Positions 38,404 through 54,603 of a stretch of 64,000 nucleotides of DNA are shown here, one piece after another. The notes beneath the pieces were generated by a model, which had not been told where the DNA came from, made no database searches, and saw only the letters and a list, made by a program, of their open reading frames with translations. The position numbers and the translations under genes were made by a program. Position 1 is the stretch's first letter; each line of letters opens with the position of its first letter. Source of the stretch: Paramecium tetraurelia (taxonomy: Eukaryota); the NCBI GenBank assembly GCA_000165425.1, contig CT868441.1, forward strand, positions 62,001-126,000. The letters are read 5' to 3'.

Positions 38404-40823
38404 ATGCTCAATCAAGTTCTTTAAGTTATTGGATTACAAAAAAATGAGGAGTAATAAATGGAGGCTATATATGACGATTTTCAAAGGCCTCCAAAGATTT
38501 CGATTGCAAAGATGCACGCAGCTGCAACCAAGTTTGCTAAGACTGACTAAAATATTGATCTTGATAAAACAAATGTTTGCCCTTGTTGTGGATTACCAGC
38601 TGTTATAGAAGAAATCCCATTATGTTCATCAAGGAGCCAATTCAGTTTCAATGGTTCAGGGATAGCATTGTATTTCGATTTCTTAGTGTTTTCAGGTATC
38701 ATTGTCTTTACATATATGTATCCTAATTTAATAATAATATAGAGCCATTAGTTGTGGATATAATATCTATGTAAACTCTCATGGAAATCGATGTAGCAAT
38801 ATAAATAATAGTCTTGCTGATAAATGTAAAACAGACTTCTTTAATCAATTTTCATTGACTAATGATCATGAGTATTAATATTTAAATATATCTAATAGAC
38901 AATTAAATGAAACTCGTAGCATTCTCAACTTTATATCCTTTGTAGTAATTGTGTTTATGACTTTATTTTACAGAAGACACATTAACAAAATTGCTATGGA
39001 ATTGGATGATGCTGCTATCTTAGCCTCTGATTTCTCTATCTTTGTTGAAAATATCCCTAGAGAGGCAAAAGAAATAGAAATTTAAGAATATTTTTCTTAA
39101 TAATTCTAAACTGAAAAAGTTGAATTTAGAAAATTATGCATAGCTTATGAAATCTAGGATTATATAAAATTGAATACTCAAAAATAATTGAAGGAATCTG
39201 TGCTTACAAAAGTACTGGAATTTGAAGCAGAAGGGAAATCAATTCCTAAATCGATTCCACCCAAAACCTAATTAAAATTAGAAATCGATAAAATCTCAAA
39301 GGATTTAGATGATATGGAAGATAATAGAGCTAATATTTTCAAATTCAGTGGAATTTGCATAATTAGTTATAATTATGAAAGATAGGCTGATAATGTTTGT
39401 AAAACATTCAAAGCCACAAGATTTTAGATATTATTAGATTAATTAGGATTTGAATAGAATTAATTCCAAAAATTTAGAAACAATAACATTTTCGTAAAGA
39501 AAGCACCAGAACCAGGAGATGTAATTTGGGGCAATCTTGGAATTACAATCAAAGAATAGTATAAAAGGAAATTAATAACAAATGCTATGACTCTTCTTTT
39601 ATTAGCTATTGGTTTTGGATTATTACTTGCACTATCTTATACATAGAATGTCATTAATCAAAATATTTCAAAAGGTTCAACTGCAGAAGCAGCTCTTGTT
39701 ACTTTTATAGGATTTGCATCATCAATTCTTATATTGGTTATCAATACTATATTAGCTAAAATGATTATCAAATTTGCTGAATTAGAGTAATAAGCCACAA
39801 GAACAGATTATAATATAAGTGTTGCTTATAAAATGGGAGTAGCACAATTTCTAAATACTGCTATCTTAACTTTAATTATTAATCTTTTTATATCAGGAAA
39901 TATCTCTAGTTTAGATTAAGCTATTTGGTAGACTGGTGGACTCAATTCAGATGTGATGCTGATTTTTATTACTAATTCAATAATGCCATGGTTAACTCAA
40001 TTGATAGACATCAATTATTTTTATAAATTATATGTTAGATAGAAAATTATTCAATAAGGAGAAAATTGTAAATACACTTAAAATGAAGCTAATAAGTATT
40101 TTCAACTATATTTTTTTAGAGCATTTGAAGGACCATCAATTGATTTATCATAAAAATATGCTAATATATGCAAAACTTTAATGTTTACATTCTTATATTC
40201 AGCATTATTACCAATTGGAGTTTGTTTCACTTTTATTTCAATTGTTTGTATATATTGGGCAGAGAAATACTTGTTAGTAAGAAGAGATTCAAAGCCTGCC
40301 CCAACTGGAAGTGCAATGGCCGAAGCTATGGTTGATTTTTATATCGAATTAATACTTTTGTTATTTTCTGTAAGCAACTAAAATTAATAATTTAGTTAGG
40401 ATGCACATTTTGGGAATGGGTCAACTATGATAAAGTTCACATTCTAACATGGTTATAATTGGGTTTATCTACTTTGCATTACTTGATCCCAATTAACAAA
40501 ATTTGTGGATGTATAGTGGATTTAGGAATTGACAATGCCACTCCTTCATCCTATGATGCAAATTATTTAACTTTCTATGACGATTACGATAGACGCAATC
40601 CTGTTACTCTAGATGCAGCCAAAGAGAAGTGGATTAAACTTCATTAAGAAATAGTTTAACCAAACCCCAAAATAAAAACTAAGTAAACTAATCGATTAAA
40701 TATAGTAATTTAATATAAAAATATAAATTACTTAATCATATAACCTAAGGATTAGCAAAGATTCATCCATTAAATAGTAAAAATATCAAAGAGAGTGATG
40801 AAATATAAGAACTATAATTTTGA
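38404..40823 (+). CDS. OSCA/TMEM63(CSC1)/TMC-like multi-pass ion channel, copy 1
   Basis: GSGIALYFDFL, ASDFSIFVENIP, KAPEPGDVIWGNL, YWAEKYLLVR; 5 short introns; intact frame. Confidence 0.8.
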
Positions 40824-41009
40824 AATAAATATTGAAAGAAGTTGCTAAAATATAAACTTTTATTCTCAAATTATTAAAATTATTAAATTATAAATATTTC
40901 GTTTATTGTTTGTGCTCCATAAAAATTCTTAAATCTATTATTATGATGATTGAATTTATATCAAATTTTAGCAGCATGAACTCATTTAGTTTATTCAAAA
41001 TAGTATATA

Positions 41010-41126
41010 TAAAATAAAGGTCATGTATTTAAATTATATACCTGGACAAATTTTAATATATTTTTAAAGAAAGTTATTAAAAAAATTGAAACTAACGCTA
41101 AAGTTTAATTTTCGATTATAATAATA
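41010..41126. other. TA-bounded IES-like segment present in spacer 1 and absent from spacer 2
   Basis: Spacer 1 reads TAG(TA)4-AAATAAAGG...CGATTATAATAA-(TA)2CTAAT; spacer 2 (~44172-44190) reads TAG(TA)5CTAAT, i.e. 115 nt removed leaving one TA. Confidence 0.6.
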
Positions 41127-41571
41127 TACTAATAATTACCTAATATCTTTGAGCATTTTTTTTTTGTTTTCCAATTTGGAATTTTTATAAAGATGATAAA
41201 TTTATATAGATGAAGAAATAAAGCATTTGCTCTAAAATGATTAATAGGAAATTATTAGAATTAGGAATCAAAATTAACCTTAATTCGTCATAAATTTTCT
41301 TGAAAATAGAATACTATGAGAAAAATCCTTAGATTCTTGAGTTCTGAAAATTGAAAAAGGAGAATGTAGAACTCATTGAAAAACATCCTGCCTAATCAAT
41401 ACCTTACTTTATTCTCCTTCTTTAACAATTTATGACCCTCTTCTTTAATCTATATAATATATTATACATTTTATATTATTTATACAATTATAATATAATA
41501 AGTAAACACTGAAAAATAATCATTAATAACTCCTTTATTCATCATATTTATTAATCTAATTTAATTTTTAT

Positions 41572-43994
41572 ATGTTGAGCTAAGTATTTTAAGTAATTGG
41601 AGCTCAACAAACTGAGGAATAACAAATGGAGGCTATATATGATGATTTTCAAAGGCCTCCAAAGATTTCGATTGCGATGATGCATGCTGCTGCCACCAAG
41701 TTTGCTAAGACTGACTAAAATATTGATCTTGATAAAACAAATGTTTGTCCTTGTTGCGGATTACCAGCTGTTATAGAAGAAATCCCGTTATGTTCATCAA
41801 GGAGCCAATTCAGTTTCAATGGTTCAGGGATAGCATTGTATTTCGATTTCTTAGTGTTTTCAGGTATCATTGTCTTTACATATATGTATCCTAATTTAAT
41901 AATAATATAGAGCCATTAGTTGTGGATATAATATCTATGTAAACTCTCATGGAAATCGATGTAGCAATATAAATAATAGTCTTGCTGATAAATGTAAAAC
42001 AGACTTCTTTAATCAATTTTCATTGACTAATGATCATGAGTATTAATATTTAAATATATCTAATAGACAATTAGATGAAACTCGTAGCATTCTCAACTTT
42101 ATATCCTTAGTAGTAATTTTGTTTATGACTGTATTTTACAGAAGACACATTAACAAAATTGCTATGGAATTGGATGATGCTGCTATCTTAGCCTCTGATT
42201 TCTCTATCTTTGTTGAAAATATCCCTAGAGAAGCAAAAGAAATAGAAATTTAAGAATATTTTTCTTAATAATTCTAAAATACAAATGTTGAATTGAGAAA
42301 ATTGTGCATAGCTTATGAAATCTAGGATTATATAAAAATTGAATACTCAAAAATAATTGAAGGAATCTGTGCTTACAAAAGTACTTGAATTTGAAGCAGA
42401 AGGGAAATCAATTCCTAAATCGATTCCACCCAAAACCTAATTAAAATTAGAAATCGATAAAATCTCAAAGGATTTAGATGATATGGAAGATAATAGAGCT
42501 AATATTTTCAAATTCAGTGGAATTTGCATAATTAGTTATAATTATGAAAGTTAGGCTGATAATGTTTGTAAAACATTCAAAGCCACAAGATTTTAGATAT
42601 TATTAGATTAATTAGGATTTGAATAGAATTAATTCCAAAAATTTAGAAACAATAACATTTTCGTAAAGAAAGCACCAGAACCAGGAGATGTAATTTGGGG
42701 CAATCTTGGAATTACAATCAAAGAATAGTATAAAAGGAAATTAATAACAAATGCTATGACTCTTCTTTTATTAGCTATTGGTTTTGGATTATTACTTGCA
42801 CTATCTTATACATAGAATGTCATTAATCAAAATATTTCAAAAGGTTCAACTGCAGAAGCAGCTCTTGTTACTTTTATAGGATTTGCATCATCAATTCTTA
42901 TATTGGTTATCAATACTATATTAGCTAAAATGATTATCAAATTTGCTGAATTAGAGTAATAAGCCACAAGAACAGATTATAATATAAGTGTTGCTTATAA
43001 AATGGGAGTAGCACAATTTCTAAATACTGCTATCTTAACTTTAATTATTAATCTTTTTATATCAGGAAATATCTCTAGTTTAGATTAAGCTATTTGGTAG
43101 ACTGGTGGACTCAATTCAGATGTGATGCTGATTTTTATTACTAATTCAATAATGCCATGGTTAACTCAATTGATAGACATCAATTATTTTTATAAATTAT
43201 ATGTTAGATAGAAAATTATTCAATAAGGAGAAAATTGTAAATACACTTAAAATGAAGCTAATAAGTATTTTCAATCTATATTTTTTTAGAGCATTTGAAG
43301 GACCATCAATTGATTTATCATAAAAATATGCAAATTTATGCAAAACTTTAATGTTTACATTTTTATATTCAGCATTATTACCAATTGGAGTTTGTTTCAC
43401 TTTTATTTCAATTGTTTGTATATATTGGGGCAGAAAAATACTTGTTAGTAAGAAGAGATTCAAAGCCTGCCCCAACTGGAAGTGCAATGGCTGAAGCTAT
43501 GGTTGATTTTTATATCGAATTAATACTTTTGTTATTTTCTGTAAGCAACTAAAATTAATAATTTAGTTAGGATGCACATTTTGGGAATGGGTCAACTATG
43601 ATAAAGTTCACATTCTAACATGGTTATAATTGGGTTTATCTACTTTGCATTACTTGATCCCAATTAACAAAATTTGTGGATGTATAGTGGATTTAGGAAT
43701 TGACAATGCCACTCCTTCATCCTATGATGCAAATTATTTAACTTTCTATGACGATTACGATAGACGCAATCCTGTTACTCTAGATGCAGCCAAAGAGAAG
43801 TGGATTAAACTTCATTAAGAAATAGTTTAACCAAACCCCAAAATAAAAACTAAGTAAACTAATCGATTAAATATAGTAATTTAATATAAAAATATAAATT
43901 ACTTAATCATATAACCTAAGGATTAGCAAAGATTCATCCATTAAATAGTAAAAATATCAAAGAGAGTGATGAAATATAAGAACTATAATTTTGA
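41572..43994 (+). pseudogene. OSCA/TMEM63-like channel copy 2: frameshifted mosaic of copies 1 and 3 (or assembly artefact)
   Basis: +1 A in run 42334-42338 (premature TGA 42386-42388) and +1 G in run 43427-43430; 5' end like copy 3, 3' end like copy 1. Confidence 0.7.
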
Positions 43995-44631
43995 AATAAA
44001 TATTGAAAGAAGTTGCTAAAATATAAACTTTTATTCTCAAATTATTAAAATTATTAAATTATAAATATTTCGTTTATTGTTTGTGCTCCATAAAAATTCT
44101 TAAATCTATTATTATGATGATTGAATTTATATCAAATTTTAGCAGCATGAACTCATTTAGTTTATTCAAAATAGTATATATATACTAATAATTACCATAA
44201 TATCTTTGAGCATTTTTTTTTTGTTTTCCAATTTGGAATTTTTATAAAGATGATAAATTTATATAGATGAAGAAATAAAGCATTTGCTCTAAAATGATTA
44301 ATAGGAAATTATTAGAATTAGGAATCAAAATTTAACCTTAATTCGTCCATAAATTTTCTTGAAAATAGAATACTATGAGAAAAATCCTTAGATTCTTGAG
44401 TTCTGAAAATTGAAAAAGGAGAATGTAGAACTCATTGAAAAAACATCCTGCCTAATCAATACCTTACTTTATTCTCCTTCTTTAACAATTTATGACCCTC
44501 TTCTTTAATCTATATAATATATTATACATTTTATATTATTTATACAATTATAATATAATAAGTAAACACTGAAAAATAATCATTAATAACTCCTTTATTC
44601 ATCATATTTATTAATCTAATTTAATTTTTAT

Positions 44632-47054
44632 ATGTTGAGCTAAGTATTTTAAGTAATTGGAGCTCAACAAACTGAGGAATAACAAATGGAGGCTATATAT
44701 GATGATTTTCAAAGGCCTCCAAAGATTTCGATTGCGATGATGCATGCTGCTGCCACCAAGTTTGCTAAGACTGACTAAAATATTGATCTTGATAAAACAA
44801 ATGTTTGTCCTTGTTGCGGATTACCAGCTGTTATAGAAGAAATCCCGTTATGTTCATCAAGGAGCCAATTCAGTTTCAATGGTTCAGGGATAGCATTGTA
44901 TTTCGATTTCTTAGTGTTTTCAGGTATCATTGTCTTTACATATATGTATCCTAATTTAATAATAATATAGAGCCATTAGTTGTGGATATAATATCTATGT
45001 AAACTCTCATGGAAATCGATGTAGCAATATAAATAATAGTCTTGCTGATAAATGTAAAACAGACTTCTTTAATCAATTTTCATTGACTAATGATCATGAG
45101 TATTAATATTTAAATATATCTAATAGACAATTAGATGAAACTCGTAGCATTCTCAACTTTATATCCTTAGTAGTAATTTTGTTTATGACTGTATTTTACA
45201 GAAGACACATTAACAAAATTGCTATGGAATTGGATGATGCTGCTATCTTAGCCTCTGATTTCTCTATCTTTGTTGAAAATATCCCTAGAGAAGCAAAAGA
45301 AATAGAAATTTAAGAATATTTTTCTTAATAATTCTAAAATACAAATGTTGAATTGAGAAAATTGTGCATAGCTTATGAAATCTAGGATTATATAAAATTG
45401 AATACTCAAAAATAATTGAAGGAATCTGTGCTTACAAAAGTACTTGAATTTGAAGCAGAAGGGAAATCAATTCCTAAATCGATTCCACCCAAAACCTAAT
45501 TAAAATTAGAAATCGATAAAATCTCAAAGGATTTAGATGATATGGAAGATAATAGAGCTAATATTTTCAAATTCAGTGGAATTTGCATAATTAGTTATAA
45601 TTATGAAAGTTAGGCTGATAATGTTTGTAAAACATTCAAAGCCACAAGATTTTAGATATTATTAGATTAATTAGGATTTGAATAGAATTAATTCCAAAAA
45701 TTTAGAAACAATAACATTTTCGTAAAGAAAGCACCAGAACCAGGAGATGTAATTTGGGGCAATCTTGGAATTACAATCAAAGAATAGTATAAAAGGAAAT
45801 TAATAACAAATGCTATGACTCTACTTTTATTAGCTATTGGTTTTGGATTATTACTTGCACTATCTTATACATAGAATGTCATTAATCAAAATATTTCAAA
45901 AGGTTCAACTGCAGAAGCAGCTCTTGTTACTTTTATAGGATTTGCATCATCAATTCTTATTTTGGTTATCAATACTATATTAGCTAAAATGATTATCAAA
46001 TTTGCTGAATTAGAGTAATAAGCCACAAGAACAGATTATAATATAAGTGTTGCTTATAAAATGGGAGTAGCACAATTTCTAAATACTGCTATCTTAACTT
46101 TAATTATTAATCTTTTTATATCAGGAAATATCTCTAGTTTAGATTAAGCTATTTGGTAGACTGGTGGACTCAATTCAGATGTGATGCTGATTTTTATTAC
46201 TAATTCAATAATGCCATGGTTAACTCAATTGATAGACATCAATTATTTTTATAAATTATATGTTAGATAGAAAATTATTCAATAAGGAGAAAATTGTAAA
46301 TACACTTAAAATGAGGCTAATAAGTATTTTTAATCTTTATTTTTTTAGAGCATTTGAAGGACCATCAATTGATTTCTCAAAAAAATATGCAAATTTATGC
46401 AAAACTTTAATGTTTACATTTTTATATTCAGCATTATTACCAATTGGAGTTTGTTTCACTTTTATTTCAATTGTTTGTATATATTGGGCAGAAAAATACT
46501 TGTTAGTAAGAAGAGATTCAAAGCCTGCCCCAACTGGAAGTGCAATGGCTGAAGCTATGGTTGATTTTTATATCGAATTAATACTTTTGTTATTTTCTGT
46601 AAGCAACTAAAATTAATAATTTAGTTAGGATGCACATTTTGGGAATGGGTCAACTATGATGAAGTTCACATTCTAACATGGTTATAATTGGGTTTATCTA
46701 CTTTGCATTACTTGATCCCAATTAACAAAATTTGTGGATGTATAGTGGATTTAGGAATTGATAATGCCACAGTTGAATCTTACGATGAAAAATACTTAAC
46801 TTTCTATGATGATTATGATCGAAGGAATCCTGTAACTCTAGATGCAGCAAAAGAAAAATGGATAAAAATCCAATAGGAAACAGTTTAACCTATTTCATAT
46901 CAAAAAACTAAGTAAATTAAATAATTTAAACAATAGCAATGAAATAAAACAACATCACAAAATTAACCATATAGCCACAGTAAGCACAAAAGTTCATCCT
47001 TTAAATACTGCAAATAGCAGAGAAATGGATGATTTATAATAACTCTAAGTTTGA
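44632..47054 (+). CDS. OSCA/TMEM63(CSC1)/TMC-like multi-pass ion channel, copy 3
   Basis: Same motifs as copy 1; intact frame; distinct N- and C-terminal sequence. Confidence 0.8.
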
Positions 47055-47140
47055 TTTTACTCATAGATGATATTATTTTCCCCAATTAACTCTTTAGTCA
47101 TTATGTCAAAATTATATTAAAATATAATAACAGACTCAGT

Positions 47141-48175
47141 ATGAATTCTTAAATCTCGAAAACATATAATAATATTTCTGATGTTTTCTCTCGAACTCAG
47201 ATCAATCAAGCAGTTGAAGGTTTGAGCACCTGTAGAAAAAGAATTAAATTAATTGATCATATAATAGATAGAAGAGAATAAATTGAAAGTCTGAAGATGT
47301 TGCTACGTTGTAATAATATGCTCACATCTTAAATTAATGCTGAAAAAATATAAAAAAAAAAGAAAAATGATTAAGAACAATAGAAAAAATAATAAAAATT
47401 GGAATTGGTTATTTCAATTACTAAGTGGAGAAAAGAATAAAAAGCAAGAGGTTAAGTAGGGCTCTAGAGTTATTCTCAGGTATTGTCAAATTGGCAATAA
47501 CAAACTTTCTCCAATAATAAATAAGAGGGTTGTTATACCATCAACAAAGGCTGATGATACAAAAACCTAAGATAATTCATAAGTCAAATAAAGATAGTTT
47601 TCAAGATTTTTTTACTGAAAGGGATCCTTTGTAGATTGAAGCCTAAATAGAGAAAGAAGTATGTCAATTTTTAGAGAAAAATAAAGAACTCAACTATTTA
47701 TAATAGGAAAGGATTTTACTACTCACAGAAGATAATAAAAAATTTTAATAATTAGAAAATTAAATTAAAAGCAATTAAAATAGTAAGTATATTAATAACT
47801 GTAGACAGCAGTAAAAGTAATTCATTATTTTTATTTTAGTAATATTATAGAGTTCAAAATTTATTCCATAAAAACTACTTCAAAGAAGCTTCAATTAAAA
47901 TAATTAAAACATAGAAAACATATCCTTTTAGATCAGCTGACTATCATTGTAAAACAGAAAGGCAATAATTTTAAGAGCAAGAGTCATTTGCATCTTATAT
48001 TGAATTAAAGCTAAACTAATTGTATACTGATTCAATTGATGCTCAGAATTCTTTGAGATCCAAACAACAATCTTGCCCAAATAGTTTGCTTTAATCATAT
48101 TTAATTAACACTAATGCAGATATAATAGATATTTCCAACTAAAAAATGTTATAGATAAGAAAATATTAAAAATGA
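47141..48175 (+). CDS. Hypothetical low-complexity protein
   Basis: Long table-6 frame from MNSQISKTYNNISDVFSRTQ, with probable short introns; no family recognised. Confidence 0.5.
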
Positions 48176-49231
48176 ATATGTTTTCATCATTATTAGCTAT
48201 CATTTTATATGTGTTATAATTAGAATCAAATGAAAATATTTGAATAATATTACATCTATAAAATTTACATTTTTATAATATTTATCATACACAAGTTTAA
48301 TAATAGAGGTGATAATAGATATATACACTCTGAAATATATTCTATTTAGCCTTCATTATTATATATTTTGTAAAAGCGTGGGATAAAATTAAATGAACTA
48401 GAAGGGTTTAAGTTCACAAGTATTAGATCGATATGATTTGATTTTTGAGAAATATATTTAATTATTGAATAAAATAAAATTAAAAATTACTTAATCTTTC
48501 AATACTATCTCAAATCATGGTATTTCGATTGAAACAATAGGAAATCTTCAATTTTACAATTTCTTGAAATAGTTTTGTGATTTTTGGAGTTTATTACTTA
48601 AAAATATATAAGCTCCTATTGTCTTATATAATTTAAAGATTAATAAAGACTTTTTGAATAATATAAAGAATACAAAGCTTCCAAACTTCTTTTCAAATAA
48701 GGATTGTCTAAAAAAAGAATGATTTTATCCTATTAAAAATAAAATATAATTTTTCTCTATCAATATTTGATGGAGTTTTGTCCTTTAATTTCGCAAATTA
48801 ATTTTACCTTTTTACATGAAGCTCTATTAAAATCCAAATAAAATGTATATTACAATAGATAAAAAGAGAGTAACTCTAAAGAGATTTCTTGAATAATAGA
48901 CAGAGTACATAAAAATTAGATCGAAACCCAATTAAAAAACAAATACATATGTATTTTTTTTTGCAAATTTATTTATTTAATTGCTATTAAAAGAATTATA
49001 ACTTTTTACATTTCGAATTTATTAATTAACTTTTGGAATCTTGTGGAATCCTTTATGTTTAACCTCTAATTATATGGGTGAAGATATTTGGATTGCAATA
49101 GAGAGAATATTTAAGCAGTTAAGAAATTGATGCCTTACTTGAACTATAGAAAGGTGAATGAATTTGAAGAACTCAAGATATTTTTCAAAGAATTTTAGAT
49201 TGAGTTATTTTTTAACATGATTATGAATGAT

Positions 49232-50040
49232 TCATTTAACGCGTTTAGAACAAAATGTTTTTACTGGGTTATATATAGGTCCTGGAGAATGAGTATCTTC
49301 TTTTTACAGTTTTTCATCTATCCAACTAATTTTAGCCGATTTTCCAATGGTAGCATTAGGAGAAGTCTCTCTGATATCTACAATTATAGTATAATGAATA
49401 CGTTTTTCAGCCACTTCAGTTCGATATCTGCCTACTCCTGGAGAACTTGTTGTTAAACTATTGTCTAATTATCTTTTAGCTTTATTGAAGGTAGTTGGAG
49501 ATGCTCTCATTTGAATTGACATCTCACTCAATGGAATTGTTTGCTGTTGCTTGATAGTTGAGATTTTGCTGGGTGATCTACTCACATAAGATTGACTCAT
49601 CGTCATTTTTTTAAGATCAGGCTCTGATTATCTATCAATTTTTCTTGAAATTGGGGAGATGATTTCCGATTTGTTGTTATTGATTTAAAATGTTTCATCT
49701 GAAATTAAATTCATTGAATTAACTATTTGATTCCATACATTGTTTGATGTAGCAGTTAAAATTAAATCAAAATTGCTCTTAAATATTTGAATATTTCGAT
49801 TTAGTTGAATCGAGTATTCAACCTTTTATCCCTGTCTTTACATTGCACCGATCACTTCTTTGAGTCCTTTTAGAATGATGCAAATATTATATTACTTTGA
49901 GATGCAAAGTTTATTTCATTTGTAAAGACTTCCTCCAAAAATGCAGTCAATTGTGTGAGATAGCCTCTCTTCTAAACAGTCTCGAAAATGCGATTTATGT
50001 CTGTGTACCTACCTATTTCAGTTTGGATTGAGGAATTCAT
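49232..50040 (-). CDS. Hypothetical protein with C-terminal PG(P) / SHIPPO-like repeats
   Basis: MNSSIQTEIGRY...; SPGVGRY and SPGPIYNPVKTFCSKRVK*. Confidence 0.6.
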
Positions 50041-50128
50041 TTAATTAAATTTAATTATATATATATGAATGCTTCTATGAACATGTAATAAATTTTTGAA
50101 AAAATTAAAAAAAATCAAAATCTTTTTC

Positions 50129-51020
50129 ATGACTCAAGGAAAGAATAAGAAATTAGGAAAGAAGAAGGGATAAAAGAAAACTATTGACCCATTGGCTAGA
50201 AAGGAATGGTTTGAATTAACAGCTCCTGTTCCCTTCAGCGCTGGTGGATTTGGTTATACTTGTATCAACAAATCTGCAGGAACAGGTAGTTATTGAATAT
50301 AATGCCTTTAGTCGTGGCCACAGAAGCCATCAAAGGACGTGTAGTAGAGGCATCCTTGGCTGATCTTCAAGGATAATCAGATCAAATGGCTTGGAGAAAA
50401 GTTAAATTAGTTATTGATGATGTTGAAGGTACAAGATGCAGAACTTCTTTCTACGGCCTTGATTCAACAAAGGATAAGATCTTTGGAATGATTAAAAAGC
50501 GATAAACTTTGATTGAGGTATTTTAAAAATCATAATTTTAATTAGACTTCAGTTGAAGCTAGATCATCAGATGGATATATTTTGAGAATCTTTATCATTG
50601 CATTCACCAAAGGCATTAAAAATTAATAAAGAAAAACAACTTATGCTTAAAGAAGCTAAATCAAAGATATCAGAAAGAAGATTGTTGAGATTGTACTCAG
50701 AGAAGTCTCCAAGAAGAGCATCACCGGATTACTTACTTACTTCAATTAAGAAATTCTTTCAAAAGAAATTGGAAAGGCCACAAGAGGCATCTTTCCACTT
50801 TAAAATATTACATTAAGAAAAGTGAAGTTGGTTAAGAGACCCAAAGTTGATTGTAATTGTGTTTTTTAAATTGTAAGCTTAAAAATTGAGAGAATTCTAT
50901 GATGATTCCCAAAGAAATAAGAATACAGTCAGAAGACACGGTTAAGCTGAAGACTAAAGTGCTTTAAATCTTATCAAATAAGGATAAATCGAGAAAGAAG
51001 TAACCTAAGAATAATAATGA
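50129..51020 (+). CDS. RPS3A: 40S ribosomal protein S3a (eS1)
   Basis: MTQGKNKKLGKKKGQKKTIDPLARKEWF, GRVVEASLADLQ, IFPLQNITLRKVK; 3 introns. Confidence 0.97.
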
Positions 51021-51166
51021 TGAATTTATTACAGTATAAACAAAATAGTACATATATTAATATTGTAAAGATTAAAACAATATATATATATATTGCATTT
51101 AATATCTTCATCGATGGTGTATTTCAAATATAAAGATTTTTTTTTAATTTAATTTGAGGAAATAAG

Positions 51167-51803
51167 ATGTCTTAATAGGCTTAAAAGGGAGGAAAAGGAG
51201 CATAGCCAAAAACTGATGCAAAGCCATAAACAGCTGCTTAAACAAAAGTTGCTAAACCATAGGAGACAAAGGAGAATGTCATGAGAAAAATTAGAATTGA
51301 AAAATTGATGGTTCACATTTGTGCTGGTGAATCAGGAGATAAGTTGACTAAAGCAGCAAAAGTCTTGGAAGATCTTACAGGATAAAAGCCAGTTTTTGGC
51401 AAAGCAAGATATACAGTGAGATCATTCGGTATTAGAAGAAATGAAAAAATTTCTGTATTTTGCACCATTAGAGGCGATTAAGCTAGAGACATTCTTGTTA
51501 GAGGTTTAAGAGTTAAAGAAATGGAATTGAAGAAGAGAAACTTTTCTGAATCAGGAAACTTTGGATTTGGTATTCAAGAACACATTGATTTGGGATTGAA
51601 ATATGATCCATACACAGGTATCTAACTCATCAAAATACAATTAGGTATTTTTCGGTATGGACTTCTATGTTGTGTTGTCAAGACCAGGATTGAGAGTTGC
51701 TCAAAGAAAATCAAGAAATTCAAAATTGGGCACACAATAAAGAGTGACTAAAAAGGAAGCTGTAGAATGGTTCAAATAAACCTTTGAAGGAAACGTCTAT
51801 TGA
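51167..51803 (+). CDS. RPL11: 60S ribosomal protein L11 (uL5)
   Basis: [62 protein letters not shown]. Confidence 0.97.
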
Positions 51804-51859
51804 TACAATACAATATTACATTAAATACACATATAAAAAATATAATTTTTTATTTTAAT

Positions 51860-54502
<2,643 letters not shown>

Positions 54503-54603
54503 ATATAATACAGAACTATCAATTTATAAATACTTATTTTTTTCGGACTTTTATTAAATATATTTCAAATAATAACATTTTGTATTTTAATCATTTTTAT
54601 TAA

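Larger units (their letters stand above)
38404..47054 (+). repeat. Tandem triplication of a ~3.1 kb unit (gene plus spacer)
   Basis: Near-identical copies with ATGs at 38404, 41572 and 44632; both spacers near-identical. Confidence 0.97.

Noticed and set aside
38404..47054. Repeat as a transposon or LTR element
   Set aside because: No transposase, reverse transcriptase or terminal repeats; the units are host channel genes with introns
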